Source: Pseudomonadota bacterium | GTDB taxonomy: Bacteria; Myxococcota_A; Polyangia; Polyangiales; JAFGIB01 | Direction of reading: 5' to 3' | Assembly (NCBI GenBank): GCA_017881185.1 | Contig: JADGRE010000002.1 | Span: forward strand, 9,158-73,157 | Length of the DNA: 64,000 nucleotides | Shown: in pieces, positions 40,207-48,888 of the stretch | How the letters are laid out: every line of letters starts with the position of its first letter | Position numbering within the stretch: position 1 is the first letter of the stretch | Program-made: the position numbers and the translations under genes | The notes under the pieces: generated by a model | What the model saw: the letters and a program-made list of their open reading frames with translations, nothing else | Database searches by the model: none | What the model was told of the DNA's origin: nothing

Positions 40207-41190
40207 TCAGTTCTTCAGGCAATACGCGGGCTGCACGCCCGACTCGACGCACTTGCCGCCCTTGCAGAAGAACGACGCGCACTCGTTCGGATTGACGCAC
40301 GGCGTATTGGGCGCTTTGCGGGCCGCGCACTTGCCGATCACCATCTTCGGGTTGTCGCAGAACAGGCCCTCGCTGCAGTTGGTGTCGACCACGCAGATGC
40401 CGCCTGCCGGATGCTTCGCCGTGCAGGTCCACTTGCCCGCCGGCACGTTGGCGATGACGCTCGGCTCACACGAGTTGGTGTCGAGGCCCGTGCATGAAGC
40501 CAGGGCGGCGCCGATCTTGGCTTTGTCGCTCGGGTTCGTGGTGGCCGGCGTGCACGATGCGTCGTTGGCACGCGTGCCCTTCAGGATGCCGCGCAAGCCG
40601 GTGATGCTCGAGCCCCAGTCGGCGACGGTCGGGTCGCACGTGGAGGCCTTCATCTCGTAGGTGTCGAACGTCATCTTGGCATAGGGGGCGTCGAAGCCGG
40701 TGATCGGGTCCATCGCCACGGCGTCGAGCTGCAACGTGTTCATGCAGCCGCTGAGCATCTCCGTCTTGCATTGCGCGCGCGTGCGACCAGGGTTGTCGCA
40801 GCAGTGCTCTTCGCCTGCGCACTGAATCTCGGAGATGCGATCGCAGATCTTGCCTGGCATCACCGCATTGCGGTTGGGGTCGGTGCCCGGGGTGAAGATC
40901 GGCTTGGGGCCGACGGTCGCGCCGCCATCGACGCCCGGCATGGCCGTGCCAGCAGCGCCCGCGCCTGCCACCGCGATGCCCGCGCCGCCGGCCACGCCAC
41001 CACTGGTGCCGGCCTGCACCGCGCTCGTGCCCGCGCTGCTGCCCGCGCCGACGCCTCCAGCGCCTACACCGCCGCCGCCTTGTTGGTTCACGCCGTTGTG
41101 AGTCGGTGTCGCGGCGTTACAAGCGCCCAGCGACCACACCAAGAGTCCAGCACCCACGGTCCACCGAAACTCGCAGATAACGCTGCGCAT
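40207..41190 (-). CDS. Cys-rich secreted lipoprotein with Gly/Ala-rich linker
   Basis: Lipobox LLVWSLGAC. Gly/Ala low-complexity linker. More than 20 Cys, including CVVDTNCSEGLFCDNPKMVIGKC and CVNPNECASFFCKGGKC modules. Confidence 0.7.
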   Translation of the reverse strand: MRSVICEFRWTVGAGLLVWSLGACNAATPTHNGVNQQGGGGVGAGGVGAGSSAGTSAVQAGTSGGVAGGAGIAVAGAGAAGTAMPGVDGGATVGPKPIFTPGTDPNRNAVMPGKICDRISEIQCAGEEHCCDNPGRTRAQCKTEMLSGCMNTLQLDAVAMDPITGFDAPYAKMTFDTYEMKASTCDPTVADWGSSITGLRGILKGTRANDASCTPATTNPSDKAKIGAALASCTGLDTNSCEPSVIANVPAGKWTCTAKHPAGGICVVDTNCSEGLFCDNPKMVIGKCAARKAPNTPCVNPNECASFFCKGGKCVESGVQPAYCLKN

Positions 41191-41420
41191 ACGTCGACTT
41201 CCAAGCTCATGCATCGTTTCGCGCCTCTCCGACTAGGGTGCCGGTTGGCTGCGGATGTGGCTCACATCGGCCACGATCCGCCAGCGAATTTTCCGGCCGT
41301 TCTGCGTTCACCGCACCCATCCACTGTTATGACCTACCGCGACGCGGGCCCGTGCTCAATAGAACAGTGGACGGAAATTGCACCGCGCGCTCTGCCATGC
41401 CGCACTGCGCCCGATTTTGC

Positions 41421-42047
41421 TCACTTGCTCAGGGTCTCGATGGCTTCGCGGACGAGCTCGCCCAGGGTGGCGTCGAGCTCCTCGTCGGCGTCCTCGATCG
41501 TGACCTCGCGCGGGTCGTCTTTAAGTTTGCTAAGAGCCGGCACCGCGCTTGGATCGCCAAGTGAGGCCAGCGCTTCCACCGCGGAACCCACGACTTCGCC
41601 GTCGGGGTGGTCGAGGAAACGCGTGATGAGACCCACCGCGCTCGGCTCGGCGACCTCGGCCACCACCCAGGGTAGCTCGCGCAGCGCGTTGTAGGCTTTG
41701 CCGTTCGCGAGCGCGCGTTCGATGCCTCGCGCGACCTCGGCGTAGCGTTCGTAGGCCACGTCCACCAGTGCCTCGGCGGCCTGCACGCGCACGGCGGGGC
41801 TCTCGTCGTCGAGGATTTGCACGAGGGCGTCTGCCATCTCGGGCGTCGCGACTTGCGCACACAGATCGGCCAGGCGCGTCAGCCGCAGCTCGGCTTCTGG
41901 CCGGTCTTTGAGCGCGCGCGCAGCCGTGACCGCGGCCGCGAGCACGCGCGACACCTGCTTGGGGTCCTCCCGCATCAGCGCGGTCTCCGCCGTGCGCAGC
42001 GTACGTTCGGCGTCGAAGATGGTTTCCAGCTGTCGTTCCAGGGCCAT
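41421..42047 (-). CDS. HEAT-repeat protein
   Basis: Repeats ILDDESPAVRVQAAEALVDV and FLDHPDGEVVGSAVEALASLGDPSAVPAL. Lies 60 nt downstream of mfd on the same strand. Confidence 0.7.
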   Translation of the reverse strand: MALERQLETIFDAERTLRTAETALMREDPKQVSRVLAAAVTAARALKDRPEAELRLTRLADLCAQVATPEMADALVQILDDESPAVRVQAAEALVDVAYERYAEVARGIERALANGKAYNALRELPWVVAEVAEPSAVGLITRFLDHPDGEVVGSAVEALASLGDPSAVPALSKLKDDPREVTIEDADEELDATLGELVREAIETLSK

Positions 42048-42107
42048 GGTGCGTTCCGTTCCTCGGTGGGGTTTCGCTGTCAGTGTAGGCGGCGTGCCAC
42101 TGGCCTG

Positions 42108-45100
42108 CTAGTGTTTGGGTTCTTGTCGCAGGGGGCGCAACTCGTCGAGCACCTGACGCACGCGGTCGACCGTGTCGCCGCCGCCCGGAGCGTTGAAGCG
42201 GCGAGTCAGGCGCAGGTCGGGGGTGAATTGATAGCCCTTGCCACTCTGGACGAGCTTGATCACCTGTTCGGGGTCGAGCGGGGTGTCCTGGCTCAAGTGC
42301 AGGGTCACCCGCGAGGCGGTGGCCTCGCAGCCGAGCGCCTGCAGCGCCCGCAGCTGCGGCTTGAGCGCCATGGCGCGCACGAATGCCAGCGCGGGGGCTG
42401 GTGGTGGGCCGAAGCGGTCCTCCATTTCGTTGGCGATGTCGGCCACGCCGTCTTCGTCGTCGGCCGAGGAAAAGCGCTTGTAGAGCGACAGACGCAGGCC
42501 TACGTCCGCCACGTAATCGTCCGGCAGGTAGTGCTCGAGGTCCAGCGTGAGCTCAGGGTCGATGTCGTGCACCACGGGCTGGCCGCGCAGCTCGGCCATG
42601 GCCTCTTCCAGCATCTGCACGAAGAGCTCGAGGCCCACCGCGGCCACGTTGCCGCTTTGCTCGGCGCCGAGCAGATCGCCGGCGCCGCGCAGCTCCATGT
42701 CCAGCGACGCCACCTGAAAGCCGGCGCCGAGCTGCGAGAAACGCTCCAGCGCCTCGATGCGTGTGCGCGCTTCGTCCGACAGCTGGCTCTCGGGCGGCGC
42801 GATCAAATAGCAATACGCGCGCTCGCGCGAGCGGCCCACCCGCCCGCGCAGCTGGTAGAGCTGCGACAGTCCGAAGGTGTCGGCGCGATCGATCAAGATG
42901 GTGTTGGCACGCGGGATGTCGAGGCCGTTCTCCACGATGGCCGTGCAGCACAAGAGATCGAAGCGACCGGCCACGAAGTCGGTCATCACGCGCTCGAGCG
43001 TGTCTTCGCGCAGGCGGCCGTGGGCCACGGCGATGCGCGCGTCGGGCACGAGCTCGGCCAGCTGCGCGGCGCGTTCGTGCAGGCGCTCGATGCGGTTGTG
43101 CACGAAGAACACCTGGCCGCCGCGCGACAGCTCGCGCCGGATGGCTTCGCTGATGACGTGATCATCCCAGCGCGTGACGAAGGTGCGCACAGCGCGTCGG
43201 TCGGTCGGCGGCGTGGCGATGATCGACAGCTCGCGCATGCCGGCGACCGCCATCTGCAAGGTACGCGGGATGGGCGTCGCGCTGAGCGTGAGCACGTCGA
43301 CCTCGTTCTTGAGCTGCTTGACGCGTTCCTTGTGCGCCACGCCGAAGCGCTGCTCCTCGTCGACCACCAAGAGGCCCAGGTTCTTGAAGCGCACGTCTTT
43401 GGACAGCAAGCGATGCGTACCGATGACGATGTCGCACTTGCCTTCTTTGAGCTTGGCGGTGATCAGCGTCTGCTCTTTCTTCGGCACGAAGCGCGACAGC
43501 ACTTCCACGCGCAGCGGGTAGTCGCGCAGGCGCTCCTCGAAGTTCAAGTAGTGCTGTTGCGCGAGCACGGTGGTGGGGCACAGCACGGCCACCTGATGCC
43601 CGCTCATGGCCACGCGGAACGCGGCGCGCATGGCGACCTCGGTCTTGCCGAAGCCGACGTCACCGCAGACCACGCGATCCATCGGCATCTTGCCATCGAG
43701 ATCGCTCATCACTTCCTCGATCGCGCGAGCTTGATCCACCGTTTCCTCGAAGGGGAAGGTGGCCTCGAGCTCGGCGTAGTGGCGGTCGGGCGGCGGGTAG
43801 GGCGGTCTGCTCTGGGCGCGGCGCGCGGCGTAGAGCGCGAGCAGATCGTCGGCCAGCTTGCGCACCGCGCTCTTGACGCGCGCCTTGGTGCGCTCGAAGG
43901 TTTGACCACCGAGGCGATCGAGCTTGGGGCTGCTGTGCTCGCCGCCCGCGAACTTCTCGATCTGCCGCAGGCGCGTGACCGGCAAGTACAGCTTGTCACC
44001 GGCGTTGTACTCGAGGACCAGCACTTCGACGCGCTTGGGCGTGAGGCCTTGCAGCTGCTCGAAGCGCGAGACCGGCACTTCTTTGTAGTCGAGGCCGAGG
44101 TAGCGACCGATGCCGTGCTCGGCGTGCACCACGTAGTCACCGGCGCGCAGCTCGCGCAGGTCCTCCACGAAGGCACGCGTCTTGTCACGGCTCTTCTTGT
44201 GCGTGCGCGAGCGCGAGGCACGCTCGCCGAAGATCTCGCGCTCGGTGATGACGGCGAGCGCTTCCGACGGCAACACGAAGCCGTCTTCGAGCGGACCGAC
44301 GAGCAGCTTGGGCTCGCCGGGCAGCAGCGTGTCGAAGCTCTCGGGCAACGCAGGCTCTAGCTTGGCGAGCGCAAGACCGTAGCCGCGCAAGAGCGCCGCC
44401 ATGCGCTCGGCCTGGGTGTTGGTCTTGGCCGTGAGCACCACGCGCAGGCCTTCGTCCATGAAGCGCTGCACGTGCGCGACCAGCGGGGCGAGCGGGGCCT
44501 CGCCGGTACGGCTTTGGCGCCGCGCCTTCAGCTCGCCGGCGAGCGCGCTCTGGTCGGTGGCGGACAGTCGCAGCAGCGCTTCGGGCTTCACCTCGAAGAG
44601 CGGCGCGAGCGTCGGGCTGTCTTCCGGGCTCGCTTCGCCGCCCATCGCGAGCTTGTGCACCACGGCGAGCGCGCCTTCGGTGAGGCGCTGCGTCAGCTCG
44701 CTGTGCGCGAGGTACAACGCCGTGTGGTCGAACACCGGCGCCTTGGCTTCGAGCTTGGCGCTGCGATCGAGCTCGGCGCTGTGCAGCTCGTCGTCGAGCG
44801 CGGCGCGCAGCTGCGCCGGATCGAGCGCGACCAGCTGCGTCTGCGCGGGCAGGTAGTCGAAGAGCGTGTCGAGGCGCTCGTAGAAAGCAGGCAACAGACC
44901 CTCGAGCCCCAGAAAAGCGCGGCCGGTGCCGAGCTCTTCCACCAGCTGCCGGCGCCGACTCGACGGCATGTTCAGCGAGTCGCACAGATCGCCCAGGCGC
45001 GTCTTGGCGCGCTCCAGCTCGGGGCCGCTGACCAGTGTCTCGCGCACCGGATGGATGCGCACGTCGGGTGCTTCGCCGAGCGTGCGTTGGTCGTCGGGAT

Positions 45101-45821
45101 CGAAGCGCCGGATCGACACCACCAGCTCGTCGTCGAGCTCGATGCGTGAGGGCTCGCGTGCATGGGGCGGGTAGACGTCGAGCAGCGAGCCGCGCACAGC
45201 GAAGGTGCCAGGGTCTTCAACCACCGGCACGCGCAGGTAGCCGCTCTCGCTCAACATCTGCAGGAAGCGCTCGCGCGGCAACTCCACGCCCGGCTCCACG
45301 CGCAGCGAGTGACTGGCGATGGCGCTCTTGGGCGCGACGCGGCGCACGAGCGCTGTGACCGGCACCACCAGGCAAGACCACGGTAGCTCGTGCGCCAGGT
45401 GAAAGAGCACCGACAGGCGGTGCATCGACGCGCGTCGATCGGGCGCGACGTCTACGAACGGCGTGGTCTCGGCCGCGGGGTAGAGCAGCACGCGCGGTGG
45501 ATCGGCGTCGCCCTCGAAGAAGCGCAGGTCGGCTGCCATGCGCGTGGCGCTGGCCGAATCCGCGGTGATGATGAGCAGCGGCTTGCCCAGGTTCTTGCGC
45601 GCCGCGTGCAGCAGGTATGCCAGCGCGCCCGACGGGGCCGAAGTGAAGTCGGTGCGGCGCTGGGAGCGCAGACGCGCCAGGATGTCGGCGACCGGCGTGG
45701 GCGCGGTGCCGAGGCTGCGCTCTAGGGAGAAATGCTGTGCGAGCTGGGACACCGAGGGCTGCGGTCTAGACGATCTCGTGCTCCCTCGCAACGCGACCGG
45801 GGGCTCACTCGGGGTCGGCAC
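42108..45821 (-). CDS. mfd: Transcription-repair coupling factor
   Basis: 1237 aa. Motifs CGDVGFGKTEVAMRAAF, LLVVDEEQRFGV, ATPIPRTL, and LYQLRGRVGRS within the TRG/helicase C-terminal region. Confidence 0.95.
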   Translation of the reverse strand: MPTPSEPPVALRGSTRSSRPQPSVSQLAQHFSLERSLGTAPTPVADILARLRSQRRTDFTSAPSGALAYLLHAARKNLGKPLLIITADSASATRMAADLRFFEGDADPPRVLLYPAAETTPFVDVAPDRRASMHRLSVLFHLAHELPWSCLVVPVTALVRRVAPKSAIASHSLRVEPGVELPRERFLQMLSESGYLRVPVVEDPGTFAVRGSLLDVYPPHAREPSRIELDDELVVSIRRFDPDDQRTLGEAPDVRIHPVRETLVSGPELERAKTRLGDLCDSLNMPSSRRRQLVEELGTGRAFLGLEGLLPAFYERLDTLFDYLPAQTQLVALDPAQLRAALDDELHSAELDRSAKLEAKAPVFDHTALYLAHSELTQRLTEGALAVVHKLAMGGEASPEDSPTLAPLFEVKPEALLRLSATDQSALAGELKARRQSRTGEAPLAPLVAHVQRFMDEGLRVVLTAKTNTQAERMAALLRGYGLALAKLEPALPESFDTLLPGEPKLLVGPLEDGFVLPSEALAVITEREIFGERASRSRTHKKSRDKTRAFVEDLRELRAGDYVVHAEHGIGRYLGLDYKEVPVSRFEQLQGLTPKRVEVLVLEYNAGDKLYLPVTRLRQIEKFAGGEHSSPKLDRLGGQTFERTKARVKSAVRKLADDLLALYAARRAQSRPPYPPPDRHYAELEATFPFEETVDQARAIEEVMSDLDGKMPMDRVVCGDVGFGKTEVAMRAAFRVAMSGHQVAVLCPTTVLAQQHYLNFEERLRDYPLRVEVLSRFVPKKEQTLITAKLKEGKCDIVIGTHRLLSKDVRFKNLGLLVVDEEQRFGVAHKERVKQLKNEVDVLTLSATPIPRTLQMAVAGMRELSIIATPPTDRRAVRTFVTRWDDHVISEAIRRELSRGGQVFFVHNRIERLHERAAQLAELVPDARIAVAHGRLREDTLERVMTDFVAGRFDLLCCTAIVENGLDIPRANTILIDRADTFGLSQLYQLRGRVGRSRERAYCYLIAPPESQLSDEARTRIEALERFSQLGAGFQVASLDMELRGAGDLLGAEQSGNVAAVGLELFVQMLEEAMAELRGQPVVHDIDPELTLDLEHYLPDDYVADVGLRLSLYKRFSSADDEDGVADIANEMEDRFGPPPAPALAFVRAMALKPQLRALQALGCEATASRVTLHLSQDTPLDPEQVIKLVQSGKGYQFTPDLRLTRRFNAPGGGDTVDRVRQVLDELRPLRQEPKH

Positions 45822-47691
45822 CGGGCGGTGAGCGCCCCAGCACGCGCAGGTCGCGCAGCTGGGCCTTGGGCAAGCGCAACACCTCGCCGACCTTCGGCAT
45901 GTGAATCCGGCGCAGACCTTCTGCCGTGCACTGCAGAAACCACATGTGCTCGTCGTCGAGGTCTTCGTCGAAGCGGAAGCGCACTACGAACGGATTGCCC
46001 AGCAGCGTGCGCATCACTTGCACCGACAGGCCCGGTAGCTGCGCGCGCATGCCATCGACCATGGGGTGGTTGTCGTCACGGTAGAGCGAGGGCACGGCGT
46101 CACCGCGCACGTCGCCAGTGAGCACGGTGATCTCCAGCGTGTGCGCATCGAGGCGCCGCAGGTCGAAGGGCTCGGACCCGGGCATGAGACGCCGGTACGA
46201 GCGCGACAGTGGCAGCCCGTGCATGAGCCGCAGCCAGGGCAGGTTCACGGAGGTGGTGAAGTCGGCTGTGGCAACTACGTAGATGCGCTGCGCTGCGGCG
46301 TTGGTCACCGGCAAGTCGGCGTCCAGCGACCAGACACGCAGCGCGTCTGACTCGTGCGCGAACCAGCTGCTCTGGCCGCGCGCCTGCGCCACGCTCTGCA
46401 GTCCGAGCACCCACAGCACCCAGAGCGCGAGGCAAGATCGGCCGACCCGCCCCAGCCACGGCACTCCGCGCGCCAGGGGTGACAGCTGCATCAGCAGCGT
46501 GGCGCCCACCGCGCACACGCCCAGCGCGGCGCCGCCGACCAGTCGGCCTCCCGGCAGTGCGCTTGCGCTCGGCGCGAGCGCGAGCAACATCCCCAAGCCG
46601 AGACAACGCAAGGCGGGGCGCTGCTCTTGCGGCAGCGCGCGCAGGAGCGTGCGCAACAGCCAAAGATACCCGAGCAACGCCGCCCAACCGATGAACGCGT
46701 GTCCGGTCGTCCAGTCGGGCAGGCTTCGCCAAGCGCTCGGACTGAACCAGTGGTGTGAGAGCACGTAGCTGCGAAACGGCGAGCCCATGTTGTAGTACGC
46801 CGCAGGAAAGCCGAGCACGAGATCGGCGACGAGCACGGGCACGCGTACCAGCGCTGCCATCGCGAAGCTGACGGGGCTGGAGATCGGGCTGATGTAGTAA
46901 CCCGAGCCGACCACGTCGCGACCCAAGGTGGCGTGCAGGAGCAGATACACCAGCGTCGGCACGAGCACGGGCAGGCTGGCACGCACTCGCTCGCTCGCTG
47001 CGCCCTGCGCCACGAGCAGCTCGTACGCCAGCACGTAAGTGAGCGCAGTGAAGCTGTACTCGCCCGACAGCAGAGCCAAGCTCGTGAGCAGCGCAACGAA
47101 TGCAACGCGCGCCATGCGAGACACGTGCGTGCTTGCAGCCGATTGGCGGACGCGCACGTGCGCCGCGCACGCCAGGAACGCGAAGGTGGTCGCGACCAAC
47201 GTGCTGCGGTTGGCGAGCCACGCGACTGGCACGGCGTGGCCTTCTTCCATGGCGAAGAACACGCACGCCAGTGCGGCGATCGACTCGGGCAGCAGCGCTC
47301 GCAAGAGCAGCGCTGCCGACAGCAGCATCGCGACCAGCCAAGCCAGCGAGTGCAGGTGCTGCGGGCGGGCGTGCTCGCCGAAGACAGCGTAGTCGGCCGC
47401 CATCAGGGCGCTGGCGAGCGGACGCCACATGCGCAGGCGCAGATCCTGAACGCTCCACCAGGGCAGGTAGCCGAAGTCGCGCAAGGCCGCGGTGTCGGCG
47501 CGCTCTCCCGACGCGAAGTCGAACAAATCGAAGCGGCTGCGTTCGACGCTGAAGTCGCCGCGCAGCATGGCGGCTTGTACGTAGTCGTCGCCGCGGAAGC
47601 CGGAGTCGACGCTCGGCCAGTGCAGCCAGACTCCGACCGCGCAGGCCAGCGCGACCGATGCGAAGAATGGCCAATGGCGAAGGAAGCTCAC
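45805..47691 (-). CDS. Large polytopic membrane protein of unknown function
   Basis: More than 10 hydrophobic helices, then a soluble C-terminal part of about 190 aa. The 3' end overlaps the mfd start by 17 nt. Start is ambiguous: the GTG at 47691 is preferred because 47784 would overlap the divergent gene. Confidence 0.6.
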   Translation of the reverse strand: MSFLRHWPFFASVALACAVGVWLHWPSVDSGFRGDDYVQAAMLRGDFSVERSRFDLFDFASGERADTAALRDFGYLPWWSVQDLRLRMWRPLASALMAADYAVFGEHARPQHLHSLAWLVAMLLSAALLLRALLPESIAALACVFFAMEEGHAVPVAWLANRSTLVATTFAFLACAAHVRVRQSAASTHVSRMARVAFVALLTSLALLSGEYSFTALTYVLAYELLVAQGAASERVRASLPVLVPTLVYLLLHATLGRDVVGSGYYISPISSPVSFAMAALVRVPVLVADLVLGFPAAYYNMGSPFRSYVLSHHWFSPSAWRSLPDWTTGHAFIGWAALLGYLWLLRTLLRALPQEQRPALRCLGLGMLLALAPSASALPGGRLVGGAALGVCAVGATLLMQLSPLARGVPWLGRVGRSCLALWVLWVLGLQSVAQARGQSSWFAHESDALRVWSLDADLPVTNAAAQRIYVVATADFTTSVNLPWLRLMHGLPLSRSYRRLMPGSEPFDLRRLDAHTLEITVLTGDVRGDAVPSLYRDDNHPMVDGMRAQLPGLSVQVMRTLLGNPFVVRFRFDEDLDDEHMWFLQCTAEGLRRIHMPKVGEVLRLPKAQLRDLRVLGRSPPGADPE

Positions 47692-47725
47692 ACGCGGGTC
47701 CGCACGGTTGTCGCGAGTATACGGG

Positions 47726-48874
47726 ATGGTGCCTGCTGTGTATGCTCGGGAAGTGACGACACGGCCCACACTGGACGCCGTCAAAGCCTGCGCAGGCGCG
47801 TTCGCGGTGAGTGGCGCGCCAGAGCAGGTTCGCCCCCACGGGACCGGTCACATCCACGACAGCTTCGTGGTGAGCTACGGCAACGGTGTGGCTGCGCGTC
47901 GCTTGCTGGTGCAGCGCTTGAACCAGCGTGTGCTACCCAATCTCGATGCCGTCATGGACAACCTGGCGCGCGTCACCGAGCACCTGCGCGCGCGCCTGCA
48001 GCGTGCGGGTGTTGGCGACTTGGGCCGACGCGTACTGCAGCTGGTGCCCACGCGCGCTGGCCAGTCGTACCTGCGCGCTGCCGATGGCGAATGTTACCGC
48101 GCCTTCGAGCTGATCGAGGACAGCGTGTCGGGCGAGCTGATGTCGGGCGAGCGCGCAGCGTTCGAAGCGGGTCGCGCGTTCGGGGACTTCCAGCTCGCGC
48201 TGCTCGATCTGCCCGCGCCGCCTTTGCGCGTGACGATCCCCGGGTTTCACGACACCGCCGCGCGTCTCACGGCGCTGCGCGTGGCAGCGCAGAACGATCC
48301 CTGCGCGCGTGCGGCAGACGTACTGCGCGAGCTCGACGAGGCGGAAGCGCACGCGCCGCTCGCCACGCTGCTGTCGGCGGCGCAGGCCAAAGGTGCGCTA
48401 CCTGAGCGCATCGCGCACAACGACGCGAAGCTCGGCAACTTGCTCTTCGATGCGCGCAGCGAGCGTGCGCTGTGCGTGCTGGATCTCGACACCGTCATGC
48501 CCGGCTTGTGGTTGCACGACTTCGGCGATTTGGTGCGCGTGCTCGCGTGCTCGGGCGCGGAGGATGCACGCGATCTCGACAGCATCCAGCTGCGCGAGCC
48601 GATGTACGCCGCGTTGGCGCGAGGCTACGTAGAGGCCGTGGGCGCTCAGCTCTCGGACAGCGAATGGGAGCTTTTGCCCGTGGCGGGTGCGGTGATCAGC
48701 TTCGAGCTCGCGCTGCGCTTCCTGACCGATCATCTACAGGGGGATCGCTACTTCAAGATCGCGCACCCGTCGCACAACCTGCAACGCGCGCGCGCGCAGC
48801 TGCGAGTGCTACAGCGGCTCGAACACGGGGTGGGCGACCTGCGAGCGCTGACGCAGGCGCTGCGCGTGCAATAA
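47726..48874 (+). CDS. Aminoglycoside-phosphotransferase-fold kinase (APH/choline-kinase/sugar-1-kinase-like)
   Basis: GTGHIHDSF near the N-terminus, catalytic loop IAHNDAKLGNLLFD, and LDLDTVMPG. Start is uncertain: TTG 47708, ATG 47726 or GTG 47753. Confidence 0.65.
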   Translation: MVPAVYAREVTTRPTLDAVKACAGAFAVSGAPEQVRPHGTGHIHDSFVVSYGNGVAARRLLVQRLNQRVLPNLDAVMDNLARVTEHLRARLQRAGVGDLGRRVLQLVPTRAGQSYLRAADGECYRAFELIEDSVSGELMSGERAAFEAGRAFGDFQLALLDLPAPPLRVTIPGFHDTAARLTALRVAAQNDPCARAADVLRELDEAEAHAPLATLLSAAQAKGALPERIAHNDAKLGNLLFDARSERALCVLDLDTVMPGLWLHDFGDLVRVLACSGAEDARDLDSIQLREPMYAALARGYVEAVGAQLSDSEWELLPVAGAVISFELALRFLTDHLQGDRYFKIAHPSHNLQRARAQLRVLQRLEHGVGDLRALTQALRVQ

Positions 48875-48888
48875 TCGCCCGTGCGTCC

